Source of the DNA: Acidobacteriota bacterium
GTDB taxonomy: Bacteria; Acidobacteriota; Terriglobia; Acidiferrales; UBA7541
Length of the DNA: 64,000 bases
Assembly: GCA_013286465.1 (NCBI GenBank)
Contig: JABDFR010000007.1
Location: 2,836-66,835, forward strand
Direction of reading: 5' to 3'
Under the pieces are notes generated by a model. That model was not told the origin of the DNA and ran no database searches. It was given only the letters and a program-made list of their open reading frames with translations. Below are positions 9,526 to 19,591 of this stretch, one piece after another. Every line of letters starts with the position of its first letter. Position 1 is the stretch's first letter. A program made the position numbers and the translations under genes.

Positions 9526-10695
9526 GTGGATTTTTCGCTAACAGAAGAACAAGCGCAGTTGCGGCGAAGCGTCCGGGAATTTGCCGAGGGCGAGATTTTG
9601 CCGCATGTGATGGAGTGGGACGAGGCGTCTCACTTTCCTTCCGAAATTATCCCCAAGCTCGGCGAAATGGGATTGCTGGGTGTGATTTTCCCTGAGAAAT
9701 ACGGTGGCGCTGGGTTGGGTTACGTCGAATACGCGATTGTGATCGAGGAATTATCGCGCGTGGATGGCTCGGTGGGAATTATCGTCGCGGCGCACAATTC
9801 GCTTTGCTCCAATCACATTTATAAATTTGGCACCGAAGCGCAGAAGAAAAAATATCTGCCGGATTTGACCACCGGGAAAAAGATTGGCTGCTGGTCGTTG
9901 ACTGAACCCGAAGCGGGATCTGATGCCGGTGGCACGCGCACGCAGGCGATCGCGAAAGACGGCGGCTGGGTGATCAACGGCTCGAAGACTTTCACGACCA
10001 ACGGGCATTACGCGGATGTTTGCGTAGGGATGGCCGTCACCGATAAATCTAAAAAGAGCCACGGAATTTCCGCATTTATCGTCGAGAAGGGCACCAAAGG
10101 ATTTAGGCCCGGCAAGAAGGAAAACAAGCTTGGCTTGCGAGCGAGCGACACTTCTGAAGTGATTTTCAGCGATTGCTTCGTTCCCGGCGGGAATTTGTTG
10201 GGCAAAGAGGGCGAGGGATTCGTCAATAGTTTGCAGATTCTCGATGGCGGGAGGATTTCGATTGCTTCGTTGGGCCTCGGAATGGCGCAGGGCGCTTATG
10301 AAGCGGCGCTGAAATACTCGAAGCAACGCAAGCAATTCGGAAAAGCGATCAGCGAGTTTCAAGCCATACAATTCAAATTGGCCGACATGGCTACAGAAAT
10401 CGAAGCCGCGCGATTGCTCACGTATCACGCGGCCTGGCTTGCGGACAGAGCGATTGCCGCCGGAGAAGAAGGCGGCGGCCGATTTACACGCGAATCGAGT
10501 ATGGCAAAGCTATATGCCGGAGAAGTCGCGGTGCGTGTGGCGAATGAGGCCGTGCAAATTTTCGGCGGCTACGGATTTGTGAAAGATTATCCCGCGGAGA
10601 AGTATTACCGCGACGTGAAACTCTGCACCATCGGCGAAGGAACCAGCGAAATTCAGCGGCTGGTGATCGCCCGGCAACTTCTCGGGAAATCCTGA
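9526..10695 (+). CDS. acyl-CoA dehydrogenase (short/medium-chain type)
   Basis: 389 aa with the full ACAD pattern: MDFSLTEEQ..., [13 protein letters not shown], and the catalytic region [23 protein letters not shown]. Confidence 0.92.
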   Translation: MDFSLTEEQAQLRRSVREFAEGEILPHVMEWDEASHFPSEIIPKLGEMGLLGVIFPEKYGGAGLGYVEYAIVIEELSRVDGSVGIIVAAHNSLCSNHIYKFGTEAQKKKYLPDLTTGKKIGCWSLTEPEAGSDAGGTRTQAIAKDGGWVINGSKTFTTNGHYADVCVGMAVTDKSKKSHGISAFIVEKGTKGFRPGKKENKLGLRASDTSEVIFSDCFVPGGNLLGKEGEGFVNSLQILDGGRISIASLGLGMAQGAYEAALKYSKQRKQFGKAISEFQAIQFKLADMATEIEAARLLTYHAAWLADRAIAAGEEGGGRFTRESSMAKLYAGEVAVRVANEAVQIFGGYGFVKDYPAEKYYRDVKLCTIGEGTSEIQRLVIARQLLGKS

Positions 10696-10714
10696 AGTAG
10701 ATGGCTCGCTCCTA

Positions 10715-11680
10715 ATGCCTACCACGACGGAAAACTGGGCGGAGCAGGTGCGCGCAGGCGAAGTGCGGGCAATTTCGCGTGCCGTGACGGCGATTGAAAA
10801 TCGCGCGCCGGAGGGCGAGAAGCTTTTGCGGGAGCTTTTTCCGCACACGGGCCAGGCATATCGCATCGGAGTGACCGGCGCGCCCGGAACAGGGAAGAGT
10901 ACGCTGGTCGATCGACTCGCGGCTTATTACCGCGGCCAGAAGAAAACTGTCGGAATTATTGCCGTCGATCCATCTAGCCCGTTTACTGGGGGCGCGATTT
11001 TGGGCGATCGCGTGCGCATGCAGGGTCACGCCACGGATTCCGGAATTTTCATTCGCTCGATGGCCACACGCGGCTCGCTCGGCGGATTGGCGCAGGCCAC
11101 CAGCGATACGGCGCTATTGCTCGATGCAGCCGGGAAGGAATTCATTCTCGTCGAGACGGTGGGAGTGGGGCAGGGCGAAATTGAAATTGTGCGGCTGGCG
11201 GATTGCACTTTGGTGGTGTTGGTGCCCGGAATGGGCGACGATGTGCAGAATCTGAAAGCCGGATTGATGGAGATCGCCGATATTTTCGTTTTGAACAAAT
11301 GCGATCGCGAGGGCGCGGACCGCTTCGAGGAGCAATTGCGGGCGATGTTAACCATTGCGCCGGAGCGCGGCGGCTGGCGGCCGCCCGTGGTGCGCACAAT
11401 CGCCACAGAGAATAAAGGCATCGCAGAACTGGCGGGCGAGATCGAGCGCTTCCGGAGACATTCAGTCGGCGCCGAAAATCGCCGCGCGCGGGAAATCGAT
11501 TTGTGGAAGACGCGGCTGATCGAACTGCTCGAGCTGCGGTTAATGGAACGCGTCGAGCGGGCAGGGATCGATGATGCGGCGCTGAGTGCACTCGCGGTGC
11601 GGATTTCTAATCGCCAAATCGATCCGTATGCGGCAGTGAATGAGATTTTGGCGACGGCCGGATTGGGAGACGCGCGGTGA
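10715..11680 (+). CDS. meaB: methylmalonyl-CoA mutase-associated G3E GTPase MeaB/ArgK
   Basis: P-loop GVTGAPGTGKST, a VETVGVGQ switch and the NKCD specificity motif. Confidence 0.9.
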   Translation: MPTTTENWAEQVRAGEVRAISRAVTAIENRAPEGEKLLRELFPHTGQAYRIGVTGAPGTGKSTLVDRLAAYYRGQKKTVGIIAVDPSSPFTGGAILGDRVRMQGHATDSGIFIRSMATRGSLGGLAQATSDTALLLDAAGKEFILVETVGVGQGEIEIVRLADCTLVVLVPGMGDDVQNLKAGLMEIADIFVLNKCDREGADRFEEQLRAMLTIAPERGGWRPPVVRTIATENKGIAELAGEIERFRRHSVGAENRRAREIDLWKTRLIELLELRLMERVERAGIDDAALSALAVRISNRQIDPYAAVNEILATAGLGDAR

Positions 11681-12516
11681 GATTTGGCGAATTGGAATTC
11701 ACGCTCGTCAGCGACGGCGGATTCCGGCTGGATGGCGGCGCGATGTTTGGCGTGGTGCCCAAGCCGCTCTGGGAAAAGAAAATCGCGGGCGACGAGCGCA
11801 ATCGCATTCTGCTCGGGATGAATTGCGTGCTAGCTCGGACGGCAGGGAAAACCGTGCTGATCGAAACTGGCGCGGGCGACAAGCTCGACGCGAAGCTACG
11901 CGGAATTTACGCGATCGAGGAAGGCCCGCGGTTGCTCGACCGGCTTGCAGCGCACGGAGTGACGCCGGATCGCGTCGACATCGTGGTGGATACGCACCTG
12001 CACTTCGATCATTGCGGCTGGAATACGCGGATCGTGAATGGGAAAGCGGTGCCGACGTTTTCGAACGCGAAATATTTCGTGCAGCGCGGCGAGTTCGAGC
12101 ACGCCAAGGCACCCAACGAGCGAGACCGCGCCAGCTACATGCCCGACAATTTTATGCCAGTCGAAGCCGCCGGGCAGTTTGAGCTGCTCGATGGCGATCG
12201 CGTAATCGCCCCGGGCATCGAATTGATTCGCGTGCCCGGCCATAATGCCGATATGCAATGCGTGCGACTTTCTGGTGGCGGAAAGTCGGCGTTTTGTTTC
12301 GTGGATTTGGTGCCGACGACCGCGCATCTACCGTTTCCGTGGATTATGGGCTACGACTTGTATCCCATGCAGACGCTAGCCAACAAAAAGAAGTGGATTC
12401 CGGAGATCGCAGCCAGCGGCGCGCTAGTGATTTTTGCCCATGATTTCAATGTGCCGGCAGCGTATTTGCGCCAGCACAAGAATCAGTTCGAAATTGAGCC
12501 GGCACGGGTGGATTGA
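11677..12516 (+). CDS. MBL-fold metallo-hydrolase (lactonase-like)
   Basis: HxHxDH motif (DTHLHFDHCG) and distal His residues (VPGHNAD, FAHD). The GTGA start overlaps the meaB stop. Confidence 0.8.
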   Translation: MRFGELEFTLVSDGGFRLDGGAMFGVVPKPLWEKKIAGDERNRILLGMNCVLARTAGKTVLIETGAGDKLDAKLRGIYAIEEGPRLLDRLAAHGVTPDRVDIVVDTHLHFDHCGWNTRIVNGKAVPTFSNAKYFVQRGEFEHAKAPNERDRASYMPDNFMPVEAAGQFELLDGDRVIAPGIELIRVPGHNADMQCVRLSGGGKSAFCFVDLVPTTAHLPFPWIMGYDLYPMQTLANKKKWIPEIAASGALVIFAHDFNVPAAYLRQHKNQFEIEPARVD

Positions 12517-12517
12517 A

Positions 12518-13423
12518 ATGGCGAAAAAGCCCGCACAACGCAAATCCAAAACAAAATCGAGTGACGCAGTTCGCATCGGAATTATCGGCGGCAGCGGTCT
12601 GTATTCCATGTCCGGATTGACCGCTACTCGCGAAGTGCGCGTCAAAACTCCGTTCGGCGAACCTTCAGATGCTTTTGTGATCGGCGAGCTGGAAGGGCAC
12701 CGCGTGGCATTTTTGGCCCGCCACGGACGCGGCCACCGGCTTTCCCCGAGCGAAATCAACTACCGCGCGAATATTTGCGCTTTGAAGATGCTGGGCGTTG
12801 AGCGCGTGCTTTCCGTCAGCGCGGTAGGGTCTTTGCGCGAAGAATATGCGCCGCTCGATTTTTTGATCCCGGATCAGTTTTTCGATCGCACGCGCTTGCG
12901 TCGCTCTACTTTTTTTGGCGATGGCGTGGTGGCGCATGTGGGCTTCGACCGGCCGGTTTGCGGGCAGCTTGCCGGGGCGCTGGGTGCAGCTTGTGAGCGC
13001 GCAAATGTGAACGTACATCGCGTCGGAACTTACGTGTGCATGGAAGGACCGCAATTTTCGACGCTCGCGGAATCGCATACTTACCGGCAATTACGTTTCG
13101 ACGTGATTGGCATGACGAACTTGACCGAAGCGAAGCTCGCGCGCGAAGCCGAGCTTTGTTATGCGACAGTGGCAATGATCACAGATTACGACTGCTGGCA
13201 TCCGGCGCACGCTTCGGTGACCGTGACGGAGATTATCGAGAATTTGACGCGCAACGCGACGAACGCGCAAAACGTGATCCGCGAAACAGTGAAACACATG
13301 GTGGACACGCGCGATTGCAAATGCGGCTCGGCGCTGGCTCATGCCATCTTGACGGACCGGAAACTAATTCCGGTGACCGTGAAGAAACGGCTGGCCGCGA
13401 TAGCTGGCAAATACCTGGCGTAA
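12518..13423 (+). CDS. mtnP: S-methyl-5'-thioadenosine phosphorylase
   Basis: IGIIGGSGLY, FLARHGRGH, SAVGSL, MEGPQFST, GMTNLTEAKLAREAE and TDYDCW blocks. ATG 12518 sits 1 nt after the previous stop. The track start at 12434 overlaps the MBL gene. Confidence 0.92.
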   Translation: MAKKPAQRKSKTKSSDAVRIGIIGGSGLYSMSGLTATREVRVKTPFGEPSDAFVIGELEGHRVAFLARHGRGHRLSPSEINYRANICALKMLGVERVLSVSAVGSLREEYAPLDFLIPDQFFDRTRLRRSTFFGDGVVAHVGFDRPVCGQLAGALGAACERANVNVHRVGTYVCMEGPQFSTLAESHTYRQLRFDVIGMTNLTEAKLAREAELCYATVAMITDYDCWHPAHASVTVTEIIENLTRNATNAQNVIRETVKHMVDTRDCKCGSALAHAILTDRKLIPVTVKKRLAAIAGKYLA

Positions 13424-13437
13424 GAACGGGAGCGTGG

Positions 13438-14346
13438 ATGTCCTTACTCGTTGTGGGATCAGTGGCGTACGACGCGATTGAAACGCCTTTTGGAAAGGTT
13501 GATCGCACGCTGGGCGGTGCGGCCAGTTATTTTGCGCTGGCGGCCAGCCGGTTTACGCCGGTGCGGCTGGTCGGCGTCGTCGGCGACGATTTCGAGAAGC
13601 GCGACGAGGACATCCTGCGGCATCATCGCATCGATGTGGCTGGCCTTGAGCGCGCTGCAGGCAAGACTTTCTTCTGGGCTGGGCGCTACAGCCAAAACAT
13701 GAATGAGCGAACGACGCTGGCGACGGAGCTGAACGTTTTCGCGGCGTTCAATCCGAAATTGCCGCCGTCGTTTACGGACTCGCCCTACGTATTTCTCGCG
13801 AACATCGATCCCACCTTGCAACATTCCGTGCTGAAGCAGATTCGAGGCAAGCCCAAGCTCGTAGCGCTCGACACCATGAATTACTGGATCGAGCGAACGC
13901 CCGCCGAATTGCGCGAGACGCTGAAACACACCCAAGTCTTGATGATCAACGATGATGAAACTCGCCAACTGAGCGGCGAGCATAATTTATTGCGAGCTGC
14001 GAAGCGCATTTTCAGCATGGGCCCCAAAACTCTGGTGATCAAGCGCGGCGAACATGGGGCTTTGATGGTGCACGATCGCTTTTTGTTTTCTGTGCCGGGA
14101 TTTCCGCTGGAGGAAGTGCACGATCCTACCGGCGCCGGAGATAGCTTTGCTGGCGGGTTCATGGGCTACCTGGCGAGCGCTGGACGCGTTACGGATGAAG
14201 CGCTGCGGCGTGCTATGGTGTTTGGCTCGGTGTTGGGGAGTTTTGCGGTGGAGAAATTTGGAGTGGAGCGTTTGAAAACGCTTACCCTGCGCGAGATTCG
14301 TGCGCGGGCGATGAAATTTCACCGGCTTACGGCGTTTGAGCTTTAG
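13438..14346 (+). CDS. PfkB-family carbohydrate/nucleoside kinase
   Basis: It starts MSLLVVGSVAYD and has the C-terminal DPTGAGDSFAGGF PfkB signature. The track ORF (13036) runs upstream in a frame that overlaps mtnP. Confidence 0.82.
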   Translation: MSLLVVGSVAYDAIETPFGKVDRTLGGAASYFALAASRFTPVRLVGVVGDDFEKRDEDILRHHRIDVAGLERAAGKTFFWAGRYSQNMNERTTLATELNVFAAFNPKLPPSFTDSPYVFLANIDPTLQHSVLKQIRGKPKLVALDTMNYWIERTPAELRETLKHTQVLMINDDETRQLSGEHNLLRAAKRIFSMGPKTLVIKRGEHGALMVHDRFLFSVPGFPLEEVHDPTGAGDSFAGGFMGYLASAGRVTDEALRRAMVFGSVLGSFAVEKFGVERLKTLTLREIRARAMKFHRLTAFEL

Positions 14347-14546
14347 GGTTTTGCTGCGCGCTCCGTCGGCGGGTGTTGCATGTGGCGTGTTCCCGGTCGT
14401 CGGAGCCGGCAGGGACGCGAGCGGTACGGAAGAGGGGCCGCGAGCCAACCTGCGGGGGCGAAGTGGAATCCGATGGAACGGCCGGGCTGCATTTGCGAGC
14501 GGGGCGTTGCCGTGTTAAATCTGGCTGGGCTTACGGGGAGAACCTT

Positions 14547-16568
14547 TTGATTCGATCGGGGTTGCGGCTGGCATTTGGTGCGGTCATCTTGTGCGGATTA
14601 TTTGGCTGTGGCAGCGGCGGACCGACGGTCAACCCCACGCCCATTGTTTCCACGATTTCTCCCGAGGATGCCATTGCCGGCGGGCCTGCGTTTCAACTGA
14701 ATGTGGTGGCGCTGAACGTGGAAACCACTTCGGTCGTGAATTGGAACGGCAGCCCGCGCACCACCACCACCGATCCGAATACCGGGCAGCTTGTGGCGCA
14801 GATTATGGCGACCGATATCGCCGTGCCGGGAACGGCGGACATTACCGTGGTGACTCCGGCGCCGGGTGGCGGCATATCCAACGACATCACATTTTTCATC
14901 GATGCTCCTGCGAATCCGGCTCCCACGATTTCAAGTTTGAGTCCGGCGTCGACGGCAGCGGGCGGAGCGGCGTTCACTCTCACGGTCGCGGGCAGCGGCT
15001 TCATCAATAGTTCCAGCGTGAATTGGAATGGCAGCCCACGAGCGACGACATTCGGCAGCTCGACGCAGCTTACGGCCGCGATTCTGGCGAGCGACATCGC
15101 CACTGCCGGCACTGCGAATGTCACAGTTACAAATCCTGCGCCGGGCGGAGGGACTTCGGCGGCCTCGACATTCACGATCACCAATGGCCCGACGGCTTCG
15201 AAGGCGTCGATCTTCTCGCTGGTTTCCGCGACTGCTTCCGGCGATCCAGGAAATGGGCCGAGCGGAGAGCCGCGCATGGATCAGTCAGGTCGATTCGTCG
15301 CGTTTGAATCCGCGGCAACAAATTTGCTCGAGAGCGGCACGAAAGCAGAAGTGTTTTTGAGAGACACGTGTGTAGGCGTCGGGAATTGCACTCCGGATAC
15401 GGTGGCCGTAGATGTGGCGCGCGGCGGCGGCGCAGCGAATGGCGGATTAGGACGCGGGCTGGCGATTAGCGCGGACGGTAGATATGTGGCGTTCTCGTCG
15501 CATGCGACGAATTTGGTATCCGGGCAATTCCGCGAAGGACCGCAGATTTATTTGCGAGATACTTGTGCGGGCATTGCGGCCGCGAAGAAGTGCGCGCCCT
15601 CGACGACATTAATTTCCGTGAGTTTGAACGGGACGGCCGGAGATGCGGCGAGTGAATTTCCGGCGGTCAGTGCGGGGGGAAGGTATGTGGCGTTTGCCTC
15701 GTCGGCTTCGAATCTCGTCGCAGGCGCGGAAGCCGGCGTGCCGCAGATTTATTTGCGCGATACATGCCTGGGCTCAGGTACGAAGGACTGCGTTCCGCGC
15801 ACGACTCTGATTTCGCAAGACGCGTCCGGCCACCCTGGCAAGAGTGCGAGTTTACAGTCATCGATTTCGCGCGATGGGCGGTATATCGCGTTTGACTCAG
15901 TGGCATCGAATCTTGTGGCCGGGACTTTCTCGGGCGCGTCGAATATTTTCTTGCGGGATACTTGCCTCGGCGCTAGCGCTGGCAGCGACTGCAGCGCATT
16001 TACCGCGATCGTCTCCGTGAATGCCGATGGACTTGCCGTCGACGGGGCGAGTTTCGGCCCGGCGATTAGTGGCGACGGGCGCTATGTGGCGTTTGCGACG
16101 CGGGCTGGCAATGCCGCGAAGGGCGATGCCAGCCACGCGCAGAAAATCGTGGTGCGGGAAACCTGCTTGAGCGCGCGCGCCACCGAATCGTGTGCCCCGC
16201 AGACCGAGCTCGTATCCTCTCCGGGATCCGCCGATGCGCACTCGCCGTTCATCAGCGCCGATGGCCGATTCGTCACTTACGTTACCGACGATGGCGGCTC
16301 CTCGCTCGGCGCGATTCGCGCATTTCTACGCGATACGTGCGTGGGCGGCGTCGCGTCGTCAGCCTGCGTTGCGCGCACCAGCCTGATCGTTGGATCGGGC
16401 CCTGGAAAAAAGAGCGCGTTGGCGGGCGGGAAATCCTGGTTTGGCGCGCCCGTCAGCCTTGACGGAAATGTGGTCGCATTGTTTTCTACCGGCCCGGTGT
16501 CCGGGCTGAAAGGTAATCTCAGCGGGGCGGGAGATGTGCTTATCGGAATTCTTCCCGCGGCACAGTAA
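14547..16568 (+). CDS. lipoprotein with two IPT/TIG domains and a 6-7 bladed PD40/TolB-like repeat region
   Basis: TTG 14547 is preceded by GGGGAG and gives a signal peptide with the lipobox LFGC. Two IPT/TIG units follow (PxIxSxSP...WNGSPR...NPAPGGG). Then come six ~65-aa repeats, each with (F/Y)LRDTC-x4-8-C...DGRYVAF..ASNLV. Confidence 0.8.
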   Translation: MIRSGLRLAFGAVILCGLFGCGSGGPTVNPTPIVSTISPEDAIAGGPAFQLNVVALNVETTSVVNWNGSPRTTTTDPNTGQLVAQIMATDIAVPGTADITVVTPAPGGGISNDITFFIDAPANPAPTISSLSPASTAAGGAAFTLTVAGSGFINSSSVNWNGSPRATTFGSSTQLTAAILASDIATAGTANVTVTNPAPGGGTSAASTFTITNGPTASKASIFSLVSATASGDPGNGPSGEPRMDQSGRFVAFESAATNLLESGTKAEVFLRDTCVGVGNCTPDTVAVDVARGGGAANGGLGRGLAISADGRYVAFSSHATNLVSGQFREGPQIYLRDTCAGIAAAKKCAPSTTLISVSLNGTAGDAASEFPAVSAGGRYVAFASSASNLVAGAEAGVPQIYLRDTCLGSGTKDCVPRTTLISQDASGHPGKSASLQSSISRDGRYIAFDSVASNLVAGTFSGASNIFLRDTCLGASAGSDCSAFTAIVSVNADGLAVDGASFGPAISGDGRYVAFATRAGNAAKGDASHAQKIVVRETCLSARATESCAPQTELVSSPGSADAHSPFISADGRFVTYVTDDGGSSLGAIRAFLRDTCVGGVASSACVARTSLIVGSGPGKKSALAGGKSWFGAPVSLDGNVVALFSTGPVSGLKGNLSGAGDVLIGILPAAQ

Positions 16569-16650
16569 GTTCCATTCAATTTCCGCGGGGATTGCAAACA
16601 ATTCAAGGTCCGGCACGTCGAACTTCTGAGGTGTGTGCCTGGAGGTAAGA

Positions 16651-18078
16651 ATGCTGCAAAGAGTTCGAAGAACGCGCGCGACGGCGGTGCTGGCAACCAG
16701 CCTTGCGGCGCTGACTTTCTTGGGCGCGAGTTTTTGGGCGCGTAATTCCCGCGCGGATGGCATTCCGGCGACGGCCGCGGGGGAGCTCAATGTGCCTCGC
16801 GTCAAAATTATGGATACCAAGCTGCCCAACGGCTTGCGTGTGCTGATTGTCGCGGATCACACTGCGCCGGTGTACGCCATCGATGTTTGCTACAACGTGG
16901 GCAGCCGCAACGAGCGGCCAGGCCGCACCGGCTTTGCGCATCTTTTCGAGCACATGATGTTCGAAGGGTCGGAAAATGTGGGCAAGGGCGAGCATTTCAT
17001 TCTGATTTTCAATAACGGCGGGGAAATGAACGGCACCACCAACGAAGATCGCACTACCTACTTCGAAGAATTGCCCACCAATCAACTCGACCTGGGACTT
17101 TTTCTCGAATCCGACCGCATGAAATCGCTCACCATCACGCAGGACAAGCTGGATAACCAGCGCAATGCGGTGCAGGAAGAGCGTCGCCTGGGCGTCGATA
17201 ATGAGCCTTATGGGAAAGCGGAAGTCGATCTCGGCAATCTTGCTTACGACAATTTCGCTTACAAGCACTCGACGATTGGCTCGATGGCGGACCTGGACGC
17301 GGCCAGCATTGACGACGTGCGCGAGTTTTTCCGAATTTATTATGCGCCGAATAACGCGGTGCTCACGCTGGTCGGTGATCTCGACCCCGAGGCCACACTC
17401 GAGAAAGTTAAGAAATATTTCGGATCGATTCCCTCGCAGACTATACCGCCCGGGCCGGATCTGAACGAAGAAACGCACTATGGCGAACGGCGCGAGGTAA
17501 TTTACGACCAGCTCGCGCGTTTGCCGCAAATCAGCATCGCCTATCGCATCGCGCGCGGGAACACGCCGGAGAATCGCGCGGCGCGCGCCCTGGCACTGAT
17601 TCTGGGGCAAGGCCGCAGCTCGCGGCTCTACCAGCATCTGATCAAGGAAAAGCAACTGGCGATCCAAGTCTCGTCGTACTCCGACAATCGGATCGGGCCG
17701 AGCCTCCTCTATATCAATGCCACGCCGCGCCCGGGCGTCAAAGTGGAGGATCTCCAGAAAGCCATCGATGAGGAAATTGCGGCGGTGAAAAAGGATGGAG
17801 TGACCGCCGCTGAATTGAGCAAAGCTAAAGCGATTTTGCGGCGGCAATATATTCAAACGCGCGCTTCGGATTTGTTCATGGCTCTCACGATGGGTGATTT
17901 GGCCGTGAAGTTTAACGATCCGGAATTGATCAACACCGTCGGCGCCAGCTACGAAGCCCTGACCGTCGAGCAAGTCAACGAGGCAGCCAAGAAATACCTG
18001 GATCGCGATCAACGCGCAGTGGTGATTACACTTCCCGGAAAACAGGAAGCGGACGCGACTAAGGGAGGTGCACAGTGA
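16651..18078 (+). CDS. M16 (pitrilysin) family zinc peptidase, catalytic subunit
   Basis: Inverted zinc motif HxxEH (FAHLFEHMMFEG) and a signal peptide. ATG 16651 is preceded by GGAGG. Confidence 0.87.
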   Translation: MLQRVRRTRATAVLATSLAALTFLGASFWARNSRADGIPATAAGELNVPRVKIMDTKLPNGLRVLIVADHTAPVYAIDVCYNVGSRNERPGRTGFAHLFEHMMFEGSENVGKGEHFILIFNNGGEMNGTTNEDRTTYFEELPTNQLDLGLFLESDRMKSLTITQDKLDNQRNAVQEERRLGVDNEPYGKAEVDLGNLAYDNFAYKHSTIGSMADLDAASIDDVREFFRIYYAPNNAVLTLVGDLDPEATLEKVKKYFGSIPSQTIPPGPDLNEETHYGERREVIYDQLARLPQISIAYRIARGNTPENRAARALALILGQGRSSRLYQHLIKEKQLAIQVSSYSDNRIGPSLLYINATPRPGVKVEDLQKAIDEEIAAVKKDGVTAAELSKAKAILRRQYIQTRASDLFMALTMGDLAVKFNDPELINTVGASYEALTVEQVNEAAKKYLDRDQRAVVITLPGKQEADATKGGAQ

Positions 18079-19556
18079 AGCTCATGAATTGGAAAGCGGT
18101 CGCGGCATTGAGCGGGTGTGCGATAGCTTGCAGTCTCGCGCCTGGCGCGCGGGCGCAGGCTGGCGGCGCGGGGCAGGACAAGAGTGTGCCGCTATCTTCG
18201 GTGGTGCGCCTCAATCGCGCGCCGGTGAGCAAAGAAATTCTGAAAGTGAAATTGCCGCAGGCTTCCGTACACAAATTGCCGAACGGCATGACCGTGCTGA
18301 TTCTCGAGCAGCACAAGCTTCCCACCATCGCGATCGAGCTCGACATGGAGCCCGGAGCCATTGCCGATCCCACTCCGGGCATGGCGAAATTCACCGCTGA
18401 AATGTTGCGCGAGGGGACCGCGAAGCGCAATAGCTCGGCGATTGCGGGTGCCGTCGATGAAATCGGCGCGCAACTCAGCAGCGAGGCGGATTTTGGCGGC
18501 AGCGATTCGACCGTGTATATCGCGGGCCTGACCGATTCCACCGAAACTCTCTTCGATCTTCTCAGCGATATTGTTTTGCATCCGAGTTTTCCGGCTGAGG
18601 AGCTCGAGAAATATAAAAAGCGCGAGCTTGGCAATCTCGACGAGGAAATGTCCCGGCCGTATTTCCTGGCGGACAAGGAATTTCACAGGGCGCTCTACGG
18701 CGACACGAATTACGCCGTGACCGCGCCGACGCCTGCGCAAGTTCAGGCGGTCACTTCCGAAATGCTCGCCGAATATCACCACAAATACTATGTGCCGGGA
18801 AATGCGGTGTTGGGAATCGTCGGTGACGTAAACACCGCCGACATTCTGAAGCTCGCCGAAAAATACTTTGGCGATTGGCCGAAAACGGCACCGCCGACGG
18901 TAAAGCTGGCGGAAGTTCCTGCGCCGCAACCGAAGAAGGTCGTATTGGTGGATCGGCCGGGTTCCGTGCAGACGAACATTGTCGCAGGCAATCTGGCAAT
19001 CACGCGCACCGATCCGGATTACTTCGCCTTGACGGTGATGGATCACATCGTAGGCGGCGGGCCAAGCGCCCGGCTGTTCTTGAACTTGCGCGAGCTGCAC
19101 GGATACACGTACGGCGCCTATAGCGGGCTGAATACTGACGTCTATCGCGGATCGTGGAACGCCAACACAGAAGTTCGCACCGCGGTGACCGAGGGCTCGC
19201 TGCACGAGCTGTTCAATGAGTTTGATCGCATCCGAACTGAGCCAGTGCCCGCAGCGGAACTTGATGAAGCTAAGCGCGCACTGGTGGCCAGCTTTGCGCT
19301 ATCGCTCGAAAATCAATTGCAACTCCTCGGCGACGCACTCGAAGTTCACCACTATGGTCTGCCAGACGATTACTGGGATAAATATCCGGAGCATATCGAT
19401 GGCATCGATGCAGCCGCCGTGATGGCAGCGGGGAAGAAGTACGTCGACGTCGATCACATGCAGATAATTTGCGTAGGCGATGCAAAGCAGATCAAGGATG
19501 CAGTAAGCAAGTATGGCCCGGTAACGGAAGTAGCCGCTCCACCCGAGGAAAAGTAA
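18075..19556 (+). CDS. M16-family peptidase homologue lacking the HxxEH motif (non-catalytic partner subunit)
   Basis: Same fold-family pattern and size (493 aa) with a signal peptide, but no HxxEH. The GTGA start overlaps the stop of the upstream M16 gene. Confidence 0.8.
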   Translation: MKLMNWKAVAALSGCAIACSLAPGARAQAGGAGQDKSVPLSSVVRLNRAPVSKEILKVKLPQASVHKLPNGMTVLILEQHKLPTIAIELDMEPGAIADPTPGMAKFTAEMLREGTAKRNSSAIAGAVDEIGAQLSSEADFGGSDSTVYIAGLTDSTETLFDLLSDIVLHPSFPAEELEKYKKRELGNLDEEMSRPYFLADKEFHRALYGDTNYAVTAPTPAQVQAVTSEMLAEYHHKYYVPGNAVLGIVGDVNTADILKLAEKYFGDWPKTAPPTVKLAEVPAPQPKKVVLVDRPGSVQTNIVAGNLAITRTDPDYFALTVMDHIVGGGPSARLFLNLRELHGYTYGAYSGLNTDVYRGSWNANTEVRTAVTEGSLHELFNEFDRIRTEPVPAAELDEAKRALVASFALSLENQLQLLGDALEVHHYGLPDDYWDKYPEHIDGIDAAAVMAAGKKYVDVDHMQIICVGDAKQIKDAVSKYGPVTEVAAPPEEK

Positions 19557-19591
19557 AAAGTAGGACGAGCCTCAGTCGAGGCGGCGCACTG

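Noticed and set aside
14640-15190. The two IPT/TIG-coding segments, considered as a DNA-level tandem duplication or a diversity-generating template/variable repeat pair.
   Set aside because: The similarity is at the protein-domain level only. No reverse transcriptase gene is present in the window, and there is no adenine-specific mismatch pattern.
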